From contig OZ241857.1 in assembly GCA_965203315.1 (NCBI GenBank), positions 864,001-928,000 on the forward strand: a stretch of DNA of 64,000 bases, in the 5' to 3' direction. Below the pieces are notes generated by a model. It made no database searches, was not told the origin of the DNA, and saw only the letters and a program-made list of their open reading frames with translations. A program made the translations under genes and the position numbers. Shown piece after piece: positions 31,634 through 41,943 of the stretch (positions are counted from its first letter, which is position 1; each line of letters opens with the position of its first letter). The stretch is from Nitrosopumilus sp. (GTDB lineage Archaea > Thermoproteota > Nitrososphaeria > Nitrososphaerales > Nitrosopumilaceae).

Positions 31634-33415
31634 TCAGTATCCGTACGCAGCATCACGTTCTCGCTGTATCGCTACAATCTCATTAAATACAATCTGTTGA
31701 TCTGAATCAAGTTTATGTAAGAATCGATTCAAGATCATCTTTGCGTCACGCGATGGTGGAAATGTGTAATAGGCCTCATCTTCAAACAGGTGCCGTCCTA
31801 TGACCGCATCGTTTACTGAACATGCAACCTCGTCACCTGCTTGGGCCGATGCAACGGTCTTTTTGTCTAGTTGTATCTGATGTATGATACCAATACGTCT
31901 ACCCTTTGCATTCATGAACGGAATCTTTTGTTTGATGGTACCCACATCTACATGTACGCCAAACACAGCAGGATTGTTGTTATGAAATATCATACCTTTC
32001 ATAAAAGAGAATTTTGCGATCGGAACGAGTTCAGCAAATATTGCGTCTTCCTCATTTGCTGTATCTTGTTGGACCCATAAAGTATATGTGTCGATCAAGC
32101 TATAGATGACCTTGTCTTCAAATATCCGTACATGATTCAGTTCAGACTCGTCATGCGCAGCAGGCAACACCTTGACGTTGAACGCCAATACGACACCTAG
32201 ATGTCTATCTTTATCTTTTATTGCCTTTGCCTCGACGACATCATGTCTAGTAACTGGTCCAATGTCTGCCTTGGATACAGGAATATGAGCATTCTTTAAC
32301 ATCGAGAGTATGGCCTCCAAAGAGCCAATAGTATCACACTTTAGTATTACGCCACTGGTCTCAGTATCCACAAAGACGTGTTCCATCTCTGACTCGATCA
32401 GTTTGACATATCTCTGAATCTCGTTGTTGTTTGTTGCAACATAGAATGTACTGCCGGGCAGAACGCCTTGGAGATCAGACGATGCAATCTTGATACCAGC
32501 AGCTGCTGATACCTTGGGAACGGTAAGAAATTTGTCTCTAGGATCGCGCATCTCATCTAGTGGTTTGGGTAACAGAATCGCCTTTGGCTTCGTAACTACA
32601 ACAGAGTCTCGCTTTGCAACTATAATACTATCCTCTCTCTTTATTACACCGTCGATCAGAATAACATTTGCAGTCTGACCTAGACCCACATCGTCGTTTA
32701 CTTCGAGTACTATACCTCGAGTATCCTTTGCGCTCTGATCCAATCGCTTCTGGAGGTACTGCTGTGTCAGTCCGACCAGTACGCCAAGTAGTTCAGGTAT
32801 ACCAACACCAGAACGAGCAGATAATGGAACAATGGCAATCTCTGATTTAAAGTCCTTGACTCGATAGAACGCTTCTGATCTGTATCCCAGTATGGATAGA
32901 GTTCCAACGACGTCGTATATCTTTTGATCTAGATCTGCTTGGATCGATGCATCTTGTTCTTTTATAACTTGAGATATGAACCGACTCTCGGATTTGCGCC
33001 ATCCCGATATCTGATCACATTTGTTCAGAGCTACAACAAATGGAACCTTTCTGCTCTGTAGTATTGTAAGACTCTCATTCGTCTGTTGCTGAAATCCACG
33101 ATTTACATCGACTACAAGAATTGCAATGTCAGCTGCAGAGCCACCACGAGATCGGAGATTTGTAAAGACCTCATGTCCAGGCGTATCTATAACTAGTATG
33201 CCTGGAATCTGCGTCTCTGATTTACCGAGCTGTTTGTAGAGTGGACCGCACTGCTCTTGTATAGTACTGGTTGGAAGAAAGCTTGCGCCAATATGTTGTG
33301 TTATGCCACCTGCTTCGCGACCTTGGACACCTGTACCACGAATCTTGTCTAACAGTGACGTCTTGCCAGAGTCTACATGACCTAAAACTGCCACAATGGG
33401 CTGACGGATATACAA
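31634..33415 (-). CDS. infB: Translation initiation factor aIF5B (IF-2)
   Basis: GHVDSGKT, GGITQHIGA, DTPGH, NKCD. Confidence 0.97.
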   Translation of the reverse strand: MYIRQPIVAVLGHVDSGKTSLLDKIRGTGVQGREAGGITQHIGASFLPTSTIQEQCGPLYKQLGKSETQIPGILVIDTPGHEVFTNLRSRGGSAADIAILVVDVNRGFQQQTNESLTILQSRKVPFVVALNKCDQISGWRKSESRFISQVIKEQDASIQADLDQKIYDVVGTLSILGYRSEAFYRVKDFKSEIAIVPLSARSGVGIPELLGVLVGLTQQYLQKRLDQSAKDTRGIVLEVNDDVGLGQTANVILIDGVIKREDSIIVAKRDSVVVTKPKAILLPKPLDEMRDPRDKFLTVPKVSAAAGIKIASSDLQGVLPGSTFYVATNNNEIQRYVKLIESEMEHVFVDTETSGVILKCDTIGSLEAILSMLKNAHIPVSKADIGPVTRHDVVEAKAIKDKDRHLGVVLAFNVKVLPAAHDESELNHVRIFEDKVIYSLIDTYTLWVQQDTANEEDAIFAELVPIAKFSFMKGMIFHNNNPAVFGVHVDVGTIKQKIPFMNAKGRRIGIIHQIQLDKKTVASAQAGDEVACSVNDAVIGRHLFEDEAYYTFPPSRDAKMILNRFLHKLDSDQQIVFNEIVAIQRERDAAYGY

Positions 33416-33421
33416 GATATA

Positions 33422-33823
33422 TCACTCAAATGCGACCCTCGATTCGTGTTCAAAGCTTTGTTGTGAATCTGATGCGTGGATGATGTTATCGCTGAATCCG
33501 AGTCCATAGTCACCACGTATAGAACCAGGGTCTGCTTCAAATGACTTTGTTGCACCAATCATGATACGAGTGGTAGCAACTGCGTTGTTTCCCTGAATTA
33601 TTGCTGCAACTATGGGCCCTGACGTGATAAACGACACCAACTCTTCAAAGAAAGGTTTGTCTTTATGTACATTGTAAAAGTTGGTTGCTTGGTCTCGGGT
33701 AAATCTGAACATCTTGAGTTTGACTAGTGTAAATCCCTTGTCCTCAAATCGAGCAATGATCTTACCTACAAGCTTGCGCGATACAGCATCAGGCTTTATG
33801 ATGAATAGTGTCTGTTGAGTCAT
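33422..33823 (-). CDS. ndk: Nucleoside diphosphate kinase
   Basis: IIKPD, GSIRGDY, NIIHASD. Confidence 0.97.
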   Translation of the reverse strand: MTQQTLFIIKPDAVSRKLVGKIIARFEDKGFTLVKLKMFRFTRDQATNFYNVHKDKPFFEELVSFITSGPIVAAIIQGNNAVATTRIMIGATKSFEADPGSIRGDYGLGFSDNIIHASDSQQSFEHESRVAFE

Positions 33824-33826
33824 AGA

Positions 33827-34027
33827 CTACTTTCTCCTGATTCCACCCTTGACATATTTTTTAGTCCACTTTAGTCTTCGCGGATCACGTTTGAGTTTTA
33901 GAGCATTCTTTTTACATTTTGCAGAACAGAACCACAATAGTGATCCATCGTTCTTTGCAAGAAGTGTTCCAGATCCTTTGGCAACAGGTCTATCACAGAA
34001 ACTACACGGCTTTACTAATAAACTCAA
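33827..34027 (-). CDS. rpl24e: 50S ribosomal protein L24e
   Basis: CSFC...FCSAKC...PRRLKWT. Confidence 0.95.
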   Translation of the reverse strand: MSLLVKPCSFCDRPVAKGSGTLLAKNDGSLLWFCSAKCKKNALKLKRDPRRLKWTKKYVKGGIRRK

Positions 34028-34037
34028 TATCGATCAC

Positions 34038-34250
34038 CTACTTTATCTTCTTGGCTTCACGCTCTGTCTCACGTAGCATCAAGATCTCACCGAGTCGAAT
34101 AGAGCCCTTTACGTTTCGTGTGAGTATTCGTCCCTTGTCTTTGCCAGTCAGGATCTTGACTCGAACTTGAATAACCTCACCAGCTATTCCTGTACGACCG
34201 ACTATCTGAATGATCTCAGATTGGATTACTTCTTCAGTAGTTGCGCTCAT
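34038..34250 (-). CDS. rps28e: 30S ribosomal protein S28e
   Basis: [14 protein letters not shown]...RNVKG...ETEREA. Confidence 0.96.
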   Translation of the reverse strand: MSATTEEVIQSEIIQIVGRTGIAGEVIQVRVKILTGKDKGRILTRNVKGSIRLGEILMLRETEREAKKIK

Positions 34251-34633
34251 TGGTCAGTCTTGCCACCTTTGATCTTTTCTATGGATGATACAATCTCATC
34301 TACGATATGTTGAGCGTCTCCAGCGTCCAATATTGCAGCTGCGGCAGATGTTATATCAATTCCTAACGATTTGCCTAGATCTTGTTTGGTTGGCACAAAT
34401 GCGAATGCCATACCTTGCTCTTCACATAGTATTGGAAGATGTGCTACCACCTCTGGCGGTTCAACGTCTTCTGCGATTACAACTAGTTTACTGATTCCAC
34501 GTTCTATCGCTTTGGTTGCCTCGTTGGTGCCCTTTTTTACCTTGCCACTAGTAGACGCTATACGAACTGCCTCCAAGATTGGACTAACTAGATCTTGAGG
34601 TGTCTCAAACTTTACATAATATCCTTTTGCCAT
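34247..34633 (-). CDS. rpl7ae: 50S ribosomal protein L7Ae
   Basis: [14 protein letters not shown]...[14 protein letters not shown]. Confidence 0.97.
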   Translation of the reverse strand: MAKGYYVKFETPQDLVSPILEAVRIASTSGKVKKGTNEATKAIERGISKLVVIAEDVEPPEVVAHLPILCEEQGMAFAFVPTKQDLGKSLGIDITSAAAAILDAGDAQHIVDEIVSSIEKIKGGKTDQ

Positions 34634-34784
34634 ACTTTGTCACCCTTGGGTTCATTCTTCATTTATTACGTCTTTTAATTTGGTTTTAAAAGTGTTGTTA
34701 GGAACTCGGTATGAGAGACCGGGGTTGTCGCCAGTAACAAGCATGTAGAAATAAGGAAAGGCTGATCTCGATACCCGAGGTATA

Positions 34785-35068
34785 CTAGAGACATAGTTGC
34801 TTGTAAACATTGTGCAGTTTCATCAAAACCTCGTCATTGTCTGCAATTTGTTTTTTAAGAGACTCTATGGTCTCGTCTTGTTCTTTGCTAATACGCTTTA
34901 GATGTGCTAACTGCTTAGCCAATGCTTGTTCCTCTGCATCTAGTGTGGCCACTCGATCCTGATCTGCAAGAGTCTTAGACATGACTCTATCTAGTAAAAG
35001 CAACATTTATCATAGAATGTCTCATAAAGTTGTCCTTTTGGTGTTTATTTCTTGACCTAATATCTTGA
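34785..35068 (-). pseudogene. IS66 left-end remnant with truncated coiled-coil ORF
   Basis: Leader TTAGGTCAAG...CCAAAAGGACAACTTT resembles IS66 6634-6670; peptide EQDETIESLKKQIA..LMKLH resembles QQQETITSLQKQVA..NMKLY. Confidence 0.6.
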
Positions 35069-35374
35069 ATTTTTCTCATTAGAACCTCATATAGAAAATG
35101 ATTTCCGTCTAAGACAGTCTAAGACAGATCATATATGCGAATATTGTAATCCATGGATGACACAGAGATCAGTCAGATTAACTTGCACACCCAATAGGAA
35201 CATGTACTAGTTCTTTACCACCTCGCAACGTTTCTATGGAAATTGCCGTGATCAGTGTGAATAACGCAAACGCCAAACGTACAAAATATCTCGTAGAGAA
35301 GAGTATTGACAAATGTTATCCGATCGAGAGTTCGAGGTTGCTTGCACATATTCAAATTTCTCATAAATATAGGA

Positions 35375-35500
35375 CAGTTTTGATCTTTTTAGTTGATGCC
35401 AATACTCCATCATTGTTGAGTTGTTTGTTCTATCGCATAGTTCAAAGTATCGTTCTCCATTCTATTCTATTGCTCCATAGATTACCATTTTGCGGGAGGA
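35375..35500 (-). pseudogene. IS630-family DDE fragment
   Basis: Manual translation RKMVIYGAIE*NGERYFELCDRTNNSTMMEYWHQLK with an internal stop. Confidence 0.5.
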
Positions 35501-35662
35501 CGAGCAGTTAGCTCGACAACGATCTTGATGTGTTTTGAGTATGATAATATATGCAATTTATATAGATTTATGAATAAGAAAAAAATGTGTCTAATTTGGC
35601 TTACCATTATGTCAACTTTATTTTTTGATCTGTGTAAATACCATTACATAACTCTGAATGTC

Positions 35663-35884
35663 ATGTCGCAATCAGAGAGGAAGATGCTTCTAGGAGAACT
35701 AGATAGAGTGCGTGATCAATTAGATGACATAGATGAGAGAACTCGTATAGCATTCGATATGATCGAATGGCAGAACGGCATCATATTACAACAAGACCTA
35801 CAAATTGTAGAACTGGAAAGGAAAATGCCAGATGGAGGTCAATCAACTCGATGTGATCCACAGACGTGTACGTATGTAAAATAG
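35663..35884 (+). CDS. Small coiled-coil hypothetical protein
   Basis: MSQSERKMLLGELDRVRDQLDDIDER...; heptad pattern; start reassigned. Confidence 0.45.
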   Translation: MSQSERKMLLGELDRVRDQLDDIDERTRIAFDMIEWQNGIILQQDLQIVELERKMPDGGQSTRCDPQTCTYVK

Positions 35885-36032
35885 AACCAAAAATCATAAC
35901 AAAAGATGTCCAAAGAACCTTAGATAGTCTCCGTTGAGATTAGTGACTGTGATTGAGGCTATGATTCTTGTACTTTGATATGACGCGATATTCTACTCGC
36001 CTGTCGATCTCACAGACGATCATACAGTGAAT

Positions 36033-37382
36033 CTATTGTTTACAGATGAGTGATCTGACTAGACTGGTATATTCAGCCATGATAGAGTCGAGTCTGTCTC
36101 TAGTTGCAGCCTCGGCATATATACGAAGTATAGGCTCTGTTCCACTAGGTCGTATCATCACCCAAGTATCAGAGTCCAGAGTGATCTTGATACCGTCGGT
36201 ATTATCTGCAGATGGGTACTCTTCTTCGAGTGCAGTAAAGATTAGAGGTATCATAGATTGCGTACATGGAATCTTGTCTTTGGTCGTGAACGATGCTGGA
36301 AGATCATCCACTATATCTGCCAATGATCTCTCAGTAGTGGCCAGTGTCTCAAGTACTAGTCCCAGAGTCATGCAGCCGTCTCTAACACAGTTGTGTGGAC
36401 CGTACATAAATCCACCATTCTCCTCAAATCCGATCAGAGCTGATTCTTTCGTCATGGTACGTGATATCTCGACGCTTCCAACCTTTGTTCGAATAACTTT
36501 GGAACCAAATGTTCTAGAGATGTGATCTATGCCAGACCCAGAGTTGAGACCAGTAACTATAGTGCCATTAGGACTCGCTTTCAAGATGTGTTGTACCAAG
36601 ACTAGAGCAGACTTGTCACCAGTCAGTATAGTACCTGTACTGTCACACAGTATGCTACGATCTCCATCTCCGTCAAACGCAATACCGAGATCAGATAGAG
36701 TCCTGGTTACTGTACTTGATAAATCCTCAAGGTTTTCAGGAGTGGGTTCGGAACCACGTCCGCCAAAGTCACCATCGATGTTGTCATTTATGACGTGTAT
36801 GTCACATCCAAGTAGATCACACAACTTGGGTGCAGCAACGGCTTGCGCACCATTTCCCAGATCTAGAACGACCTTGAATCTCTTTGACATGATAGAACTT
36901 TGATCTACACGTCTCAAGACTCCATCGAGATAGGTTTGTACGGCTCTAGACTCGGAGCTGGTCGTTCCCCATCTTTTAGGATGTAGCCAACTCTTACTGT
37001 CGTATATGGATTCTATAGTATTCTCGTCGTCTCGCGATATCTCGACACCATCGGCGGCCACTAGTTTGATACCGTTATACTGTGGAGGATTATGCGATGC
37101 TGTAATCATTACACCACCAGTATATCCCAACTGTTTTACTGCATACTCTAGACAGGGTGTAGGAACTAGACCCGCTATGCTACAATCGACCCCGATGCTG
37201 TTTAATGTACTGGTTACTAGTTTTGTCAAGAGTGGACTAGAGTGTCTTCCGTCATATCCTACCAGGATTGGTCCGTTGCCAAAGAATGTACCTATAGCAA
37301 GAGTGATATCATGAACAAACTCTAGTGAGAGGTCTCTACCAAATACACCACGTATACCGTTTGTTCCAAAGAATCTTGCCAC
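36033..37382 (-). CDS. Phosphohexomutase (phosphoglucosamine mutase/PMM-PGM)
   Basis: FGTNGIRG, TASHNP, DGDGDR, RPSGTEP. Confidence 0.93.
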   Translation of the reverse strand: MARFFGTNGIRGVFGRDLSLEFVHDITLAIGTFFGNGPILVGYDGRHSSPLLTKLVTSTLNSIGVDCSIAGLVPTPCLEYAVKQLGYTGGVMITASHNPPQYNGIKLVAADGVEISRDDENTIESIYDSKSWLHPKRWGTTSSESRAVQTYLDGVLRRVDQSSIMSKRFKVVLDLGNGAQAVAAPKLCDLLGCDIHVINDNIDGDFGGRGSEPTPENLEDLSSTVTRTLSDLGIAFDGDGDRSILCDSTGTILTGDKSALVLVQHILKASPNGTIVTGLNSGSGIDHISRTFGSKVIRTKVGSVEISRTMTKESALIGFEENGGFMYGPHNCVRDGCMTLGLVLETLATTERSLADIVDDLPASFTTKDKIPCTQSMIPLIFTALEEEYPSADNTDGIKITLDSDTWVMIRPSGTEPILRIYAEAATRDRLDSIMAEYTSLVRSLICKQ

Positions 37383-37429
37383 AAATATCTTACAACAGAG
37401 ATAAATTTGTGTCTAGTGTCAATACGATT

Positions 37430-37514
37430 GCGGGAGTCGCCCAGCCTGGCCAAAGGCGTAGGGCTTAGGACCCTATCTCTAAGGAGTTCGTGGGTTCAAA
37501 TCCCACCTTCCGCA
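37430..37514 (+). tRNA. tRNA-Leu(TAG)
   Basis: GCGGGAG stem, anticodon arm TAGGG-CTTAGGA-CCCTA, variable arm, encoded CCA follows. Confidence 0.95.
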
Positions 37515-37731
37515 CCACAAATTATCTATAGATATACACTCTGATCTCGAGGAATATTGATTCTGTGTCAACGGCTACATGTCAGGTTTAGTGGCCAATA
37601 TCTCGTAATACGATGCAATGGGATGCAATCGGATGCAACGCATACGCCACAGCTACAATAGATATCACTAGTTGAATATCTATTAATCACTAATCATTAA
37701 TCATTAATAATCAATACCATGTCAAATCTAC

Positions 37732-38556
37732 ATGAAGGTTGGGATCACAGTTGTTGGTAAAGATAGAGAAGGTATAGTAGCAGCATTTACAAAGTTTGTA
37801 TTTTCGAAGAATGGGAACATTGAAAAGATAAATCAGAATGTAATCAAGGGACTCTTTGGTATGTATCTAGAGGCATCTTTTACAGATATCGACTTTGATA
37901 GATTTGAGTCAGACATACAACGACTCGCAAAAAAAGAGAGTATGGATGTCAGCACGCATCACGAGACAGATACTCAAAAGAACATTGCAGTATTTGTTAC
38001 TAAAGAACCACGTTGCCTCAATACCCTATTAGACAATGCAGGACAGCTCAAAGGCAAGATTGCGGTCATAGTCGGAACCGAAGATACGCTCAGATACATC
38101 GCAGAGAATCGAGATGTTCCATTTGTGTTAGTAGAAGAGAAGGATCAATGTATAGCTGAAGAGCGGTTGATGAATATATGTAGAGAGTATGACATAGACT
38201 TGATAGTCCTTGCAAGATACATGCGAATCCTAACTCCAAACTTTGTCTGGAGGTATCCCAACAGAGTCATCAATATTCATCCATCACTACTTCCTGCATT
38301 TCCTGGCGCGCTAGCATACGAGCAAGCATATGAGCGAGGGACAAAGATTGTTGGCGTAACATCTCACTATGTTACAGAGAACTTGGATCAGGGACCGATA
38401 ATATTACAAGACTCGTTCAAGGTAGACCCTGACGACTCACTAGACGAGATAAAGACGAGAGGTCAGAGATTAGAAGCAAAGACTCTACTCAAGGCAGTAA
38501 TGTTACACCTAGAGAATAGGCTCGATGTTCGCTGGAGAAAGGTTCACGCAAAGTGA
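37732..38556 (+). CDS. purU: Formyltetrahydrofolate deformylase
   Basis: ACT domain, LARYMRIL, INIHPSLLPAF, LDQGPII. Confidence 0.93.
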   Translation: MKVGITVVGKDREGIVAAFTKFVFSKNGNIEKINQNVIKGLFGMYLEASFTDIDFDRFESDIQRLAKKESMDVSTHHETDTQKNIAVFVTKEPRCLNTLLDNAGQLKGKIAVIVGTEDTLRYIAENRDVPFVLVEEKDQCIAEERLMNICREYDIDLIVLARYMRILTPNFVWRYPNRVINIHPSLLPAFPGALAYEQAYERGTKIVGVTSHYVTENLDQGPIILQDSFKVDPDDSLDEIKTRGQRLEAKTLLKAVMLHLENRLDVRWRKVHAK

Positions 38557-39275
38557 GTCACATGGATATCACATCAAGATTTGATCCACAGTTACGAGAA
38601 GAGATATCTAGTATAGGTGCAGCAGTGATCCCAGTTGGTGCAATAGAACAACATGGTCCACATCTACCTGTATCGACAGATACAGATATAGTACAAGAGA
38701 TATCTCGTCGTGTTGCAAAACGCTGTAAATTTTTACTACTACCTACAGTGTCATATGGTGTATCGTTTGAACATGCACCATTCTTCAATCTAAGCATTCG
38801 CAGCTCAACTCTACGTACTGTCCTACATGATCTGTGTATCTCGCTACTAGACAACAACACAAGTACAGTCTTTATCATCAATGGACATCACGGAAATCAG
38901 AGATCCATATCAGGTTTGGAGGCTAGACTAAAGAAGGACTCGGGTGGCAGATTGAACGTGTATGTTTTATCATACTGGCACTTTATGAGATGTACCTTTG
39001 ATCATGCAGGGTTTGTCGAGACCTCGTTGATGTTGGCCATATCAGACAAGGTCAAGATGAGTAAGGCAAGAGTTGGACTCGACACCAGTGGGATGACAGA
39101 TATGGAGATCAAACGATTAAGCAAGTTGGCCACAAGATCGTTTATTACAGCAACCGGCAACGGGGTATGGGGCGATCCTCGATCAGCAACCAAGCGAGAT
39201 GGAGAGTTGATCTTGGCCGAGCTAGTTCGAAATATCACCAAAGAGTGTAAGACTCGCGTCAACGATCGCATATAA
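38553..39275 (+). CDS. Creatininase-family amidohydrolase
   Basis: EQHGPHLPVSTD, NGHHGN, HAGFVETS. Confidence 0.92.
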   Translation: MSHMDITSRFDPQLREEISSIGAAVIPVGAIEQHGPHLPVSTDTDIVQEISRRVAKRCKFLLLPTVSYGVSFEHAPFFNLSIRSSTLRTVLHDLCISLLDNNTSTVFIINGHHGNQRSISGLEARLKKDSGGRLNVYVLSYWHFMRCTFDHAGFVETSLMLAISDKVKMSKARVGLDTSGMTDMEIKRLSKLATRSFITATGNGVWGDPRSATKRDGELILAELVRNITKECKTRVNDRI

Positions 39276-39330
39276 GCAGACCAAGAAATTTTAATATAAT
39301 AGCAATACATCAAATCAATGAGTGAGATAG

Positions 39331-39558
39331 ATGTCCGTTGATATGGCAGTTAAAGTGCTAGATGAGAGTATCAGTCAAGTAGTATTGATAAAGCTCAAAG
39401 GTGGTAAGACCATTAGAGGAAACCTCTCTGGTTTTGATCAACATATGAATCTGTTACTAGATGCTTCAGAAGAGATTCCTGTTGAAGGGGATGCCAAGAC
39501 TCTTGGTTCGATCGTAGTACGCGGTGACAATGTGGTGATGATATCACCTGCTGTATAG
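39331..39558 (+). CDS. Sm-like (Lsm) protein
   Basis: GFDQHMNLLL, VVRGDNV. Confidence 0.95.
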   Translation: MSVDMAVKVLDESISQVVLIKLKGGKTIRGNLSGFDQHMNLLLDASEEIPVEGDAKTLGSIVVRGDNVVMISPAV

Positions 39559-39570
39559 GTAGTGATCTAG

Positions 39571-39738
39571 ATGGTTAAAGGTACAACCTCCATGGGAGGA
39601 TTTACGAGGAAAAAGGTCCACGTGAGATGTAGACGGTGTGGTAAGAATTCGTTACACAAACGCCATGGCCGATGTGCAAGTTGTGGATTTCCAGACGCCA
39701 AGCGCCGCAAGTATTCATGGATCAAATGGTATGCATAA
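39571..39738 (+). CDS. rpl37e: 50S ribosomal protein L37e (absent from the ORF track)
   Basis: Manual translation [10 protein letters not shown]...CRRCG...CASCGF...YSW; canonical position after Lsm. Confidence 0.95.
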   Translation: MVKGTTSMGGFTRKKVHVRCRRCGKNSLHKRHGRCASCGFPDAKRRKYSWIKWYA

Positions 39739-40770
39739 ATGCAAGAGATTACTATTCTTCTAGGTTCATTAGCAGGTATTGCAACTGCAATAGCAGTAAG
39801 ACGTAGACCAAAGATACAGTTACAGAGTCTTGGCGCTAGCTCGCAGATCAGATCTCAGATCACATCATTAAAGATTGAGCGCGACATACTAACCAAAACC
39901 ATATCTAGACTATACGAGAGTGACGATATATCATCAAATATTCAAAAGGACAAGCTCTTGACAAAGTATCAACACCAGTTAGGTATAATCCTTGCAAGAA
40001 TTGAAAAACTAGAACAAGCTAGTGAACATCCAGATCTTGGACCTGTAGGTGACGGATTGATCACGTTGATGGATCAAAAACTAGCAAGACTCGATGAACG
40101 GTTGTACGAGATATCATCAAGGATTGCATCCCAAACGCACAAAGAGTCCACAGATGTACAATCAAAAGCAGAAAAACCAGAGACACGAGTAGAGACAAAA
40201 TCGGTTGTACAGTCAAAGACACATAGAGAGGTACAGACAAAATCAGAAAATGTACACAAGGTACAGATAGATGTACATAAAGAGGTACAGACAGAGACAC
40301 CACCGACGATTGATAATACAAGATCGAGACCAAAACAGTCGTTCGAGATTACAACGCTTACAAATATTCCACACGCCAAGCTTGAGACACCCAATATACC
40401 AGAACGTCTCACAGATGCAAAGAACGACATAAAGCTAGTTCCAGATACTCCCAAGATCAAAAAGGATGACATAAAACACGAGATTCTAAGTACGACGATT
40501 GTACCGAATGTCACTATACCGCAGACTAGTGAGAACGTAAAGGTACTAAAGCCCAGTAAGCCCAAAGTTACAGAAGAGACAGAATCTAAGAGACAAGACC
40601 AATCAAGTAAAAAGACAGAAGACATTACACACGATGCTAGAGACTATACCACAGATGACGATCCACTTGATAAGCTAGATGATGACTCTCTAGACGATAT
40701 TACATTAGAAGATATGCAAAAGAATATCGCAAAGATACTATCGGATCTAGATCAAGCAGAGGTAGAGTAA
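39739..40770 (+). CDS. Membrane-anchored coiled-coil protein with low-complexity linker
   Basis: N-terminal TM, heptads, acidic tail LDQAEVE. Confidence 0.8.
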   Translation: MQEITILLGSLAGIATAIAVRRRPKIQLQSLGASSQIRSQITSLKIERDILTKTISRLYESDDISSNIQKDKLLTKYQHQLGIILARIEKLEQASEHPDLGPVGDGLITLMDQKLARLDERLYEISSRIASQTHKESTDVQSKAEKPETRVETKSVVQSKTHREVQTKSENVHKVQIDVHKEVQTETPPTIDNTRSRPKQSFEITTLTNIPHAKLETPNIPERLTDAKNDIKLVPDTPKIKKDDIKHEILSTTIVPNVTIPQTSENVKVLKPSKPKVTEETESKRQDQSSKKTEDITHDARDYTTDDDPLDKLDDDSLDDITLEDMQKNIAKILSDLDQAEVE

Positions 40771-41460
40771 TTGTCATATGATAGTGCCATAAAGGCACTC
40801 TCTAGAGTTGCGTTACGATACGTACAAGACAATACCATAGTTGGTCTAGGCAGTGGCAGAGCCGCTACATCACTAACCACTGCACTTGCAGAATATACTG
40901 CAAAGAATAGATATCACGTAACCTGTGTTCCAACTTCACTGCAGATCAAGACTGTTGCAGAAGAGTTGGTAATGAATCTAGTCACTGCAGATCAGATAAG
41001 AGAGATCGATGTGGTATACGATGGTGCAGATCAGATAGACGATGATCTATTTGTGATCAAGGGTGGGGGTGGTGCCCTACTGCGCGAGAATATTCTATTT
41101 GGTCTTGCAAAAAAGATCATAGTTGTAGCAGATGAGACCAAGTTTGTGACAGACCTTTCGAGGCCTGTGCCAGTCGAGGTACATCCTCAAGCAAGAACTC
41201 TGGTTACACAAAAGATTACAGAGATTGGAGGATCAGCAACTCTGCGAACCATGAATCGCGGTTATCCTATATTCACCGAGAATGGAAACATCGTACTAGA
41301 TTGCGACTTTGGTACGATCAGAGATCCTAGAGATCTGACTATCAGGATCAAGCAGATACCAGGAGTACTAGAGTCCGGAATATTCTTGCGTAAACCAGAT
41401 CTAGTATACAGAGCAAAGGCAGATGGCAGTTTTGATACCATAGAACAAACTGTCCGATGA
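40771..41460 (+). CDS. rpiA: Ribose-5-phosphate isomerase A
   Basis: GLGSG, DGADQ, IKGGGGALLRE. Confidence 0.96.
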   Translation: MSYDSAIKALSRVALRYVQDNTIVGLGSGRAATSLTTALAEYTAKNRYHVTCVPTSLQIKTVAEELVMNLVTADQIREIDVVYDGADQIDDDLFVIKGGGGALLRENILFGLAKKIIVVADETKFVTDLSRPVPVEVHPQARTLVTQKITEIGGSATLRTMNRGYPIFTENGNIVLDCDFGTIRDPRDLTIRIKQIPGVLESGIFLRKPDLVYRAKADGSFDTIEQTVR

Positions 41461-41616
41461 ATGCTCCAATGAATTTGAGTTCTTGATTTGTACTAGTTAC
41501 AAATGCAGTTTTGTGTCTACGAGTAATCGACAGGTTTGAACAGTACATGATCTCAAGCATTGTAAACTTTTATCTCAAGATCGAGATGTATGGTTCACGA
41601 CATTAGACCAACGGTA

Positions 41617-41820
41617 TCATGGTAGCGCAGCCTTGAGATCTAGACACTTTTGATCAAACTCTCCTGTGTATTGTCTACCTAGAAAGGTATCTTTTACCCA
41701 TATCTCACAGGTCTCTGTATCGATTACTCGACCAGTATCATTCAACACTAGTTGTATTACAAGCACCACAGATAGTATACCTATCAGGGTAAGAGGTATT
41801 CGCTTCGATGTAATATCCAT
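41617..41820 (-). CDS. Small single-TM hypothetical protein
   Basis: TM segment followed by two Cys. Confidence 0.65.
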   Translation of the reverse strand: MDITSKRIPLTLIGILSVVLVIQLVLNDTGRVIDTETCEIWVKDTFLGRQYTGEFDQKCLDLKAALP

Positions 41821-41943
41821 TGATTGTCTGTATGAATATCCATATCAAAAATCTATTGGATGTGTCAAGTTGCCATGACGTCTAGATGGTTTTTGATGAG
41901 ATGGCTGATTTTTACATTTGAGCACATAAACATGATATTCGTA

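Noticed and set aside
36046-37314. Long antisense ORFs over core genes (also 40074-40625, 46013-46591, 56467-56883)
   Set aside because: Shadow frames of well-supported genes on the opposite strand
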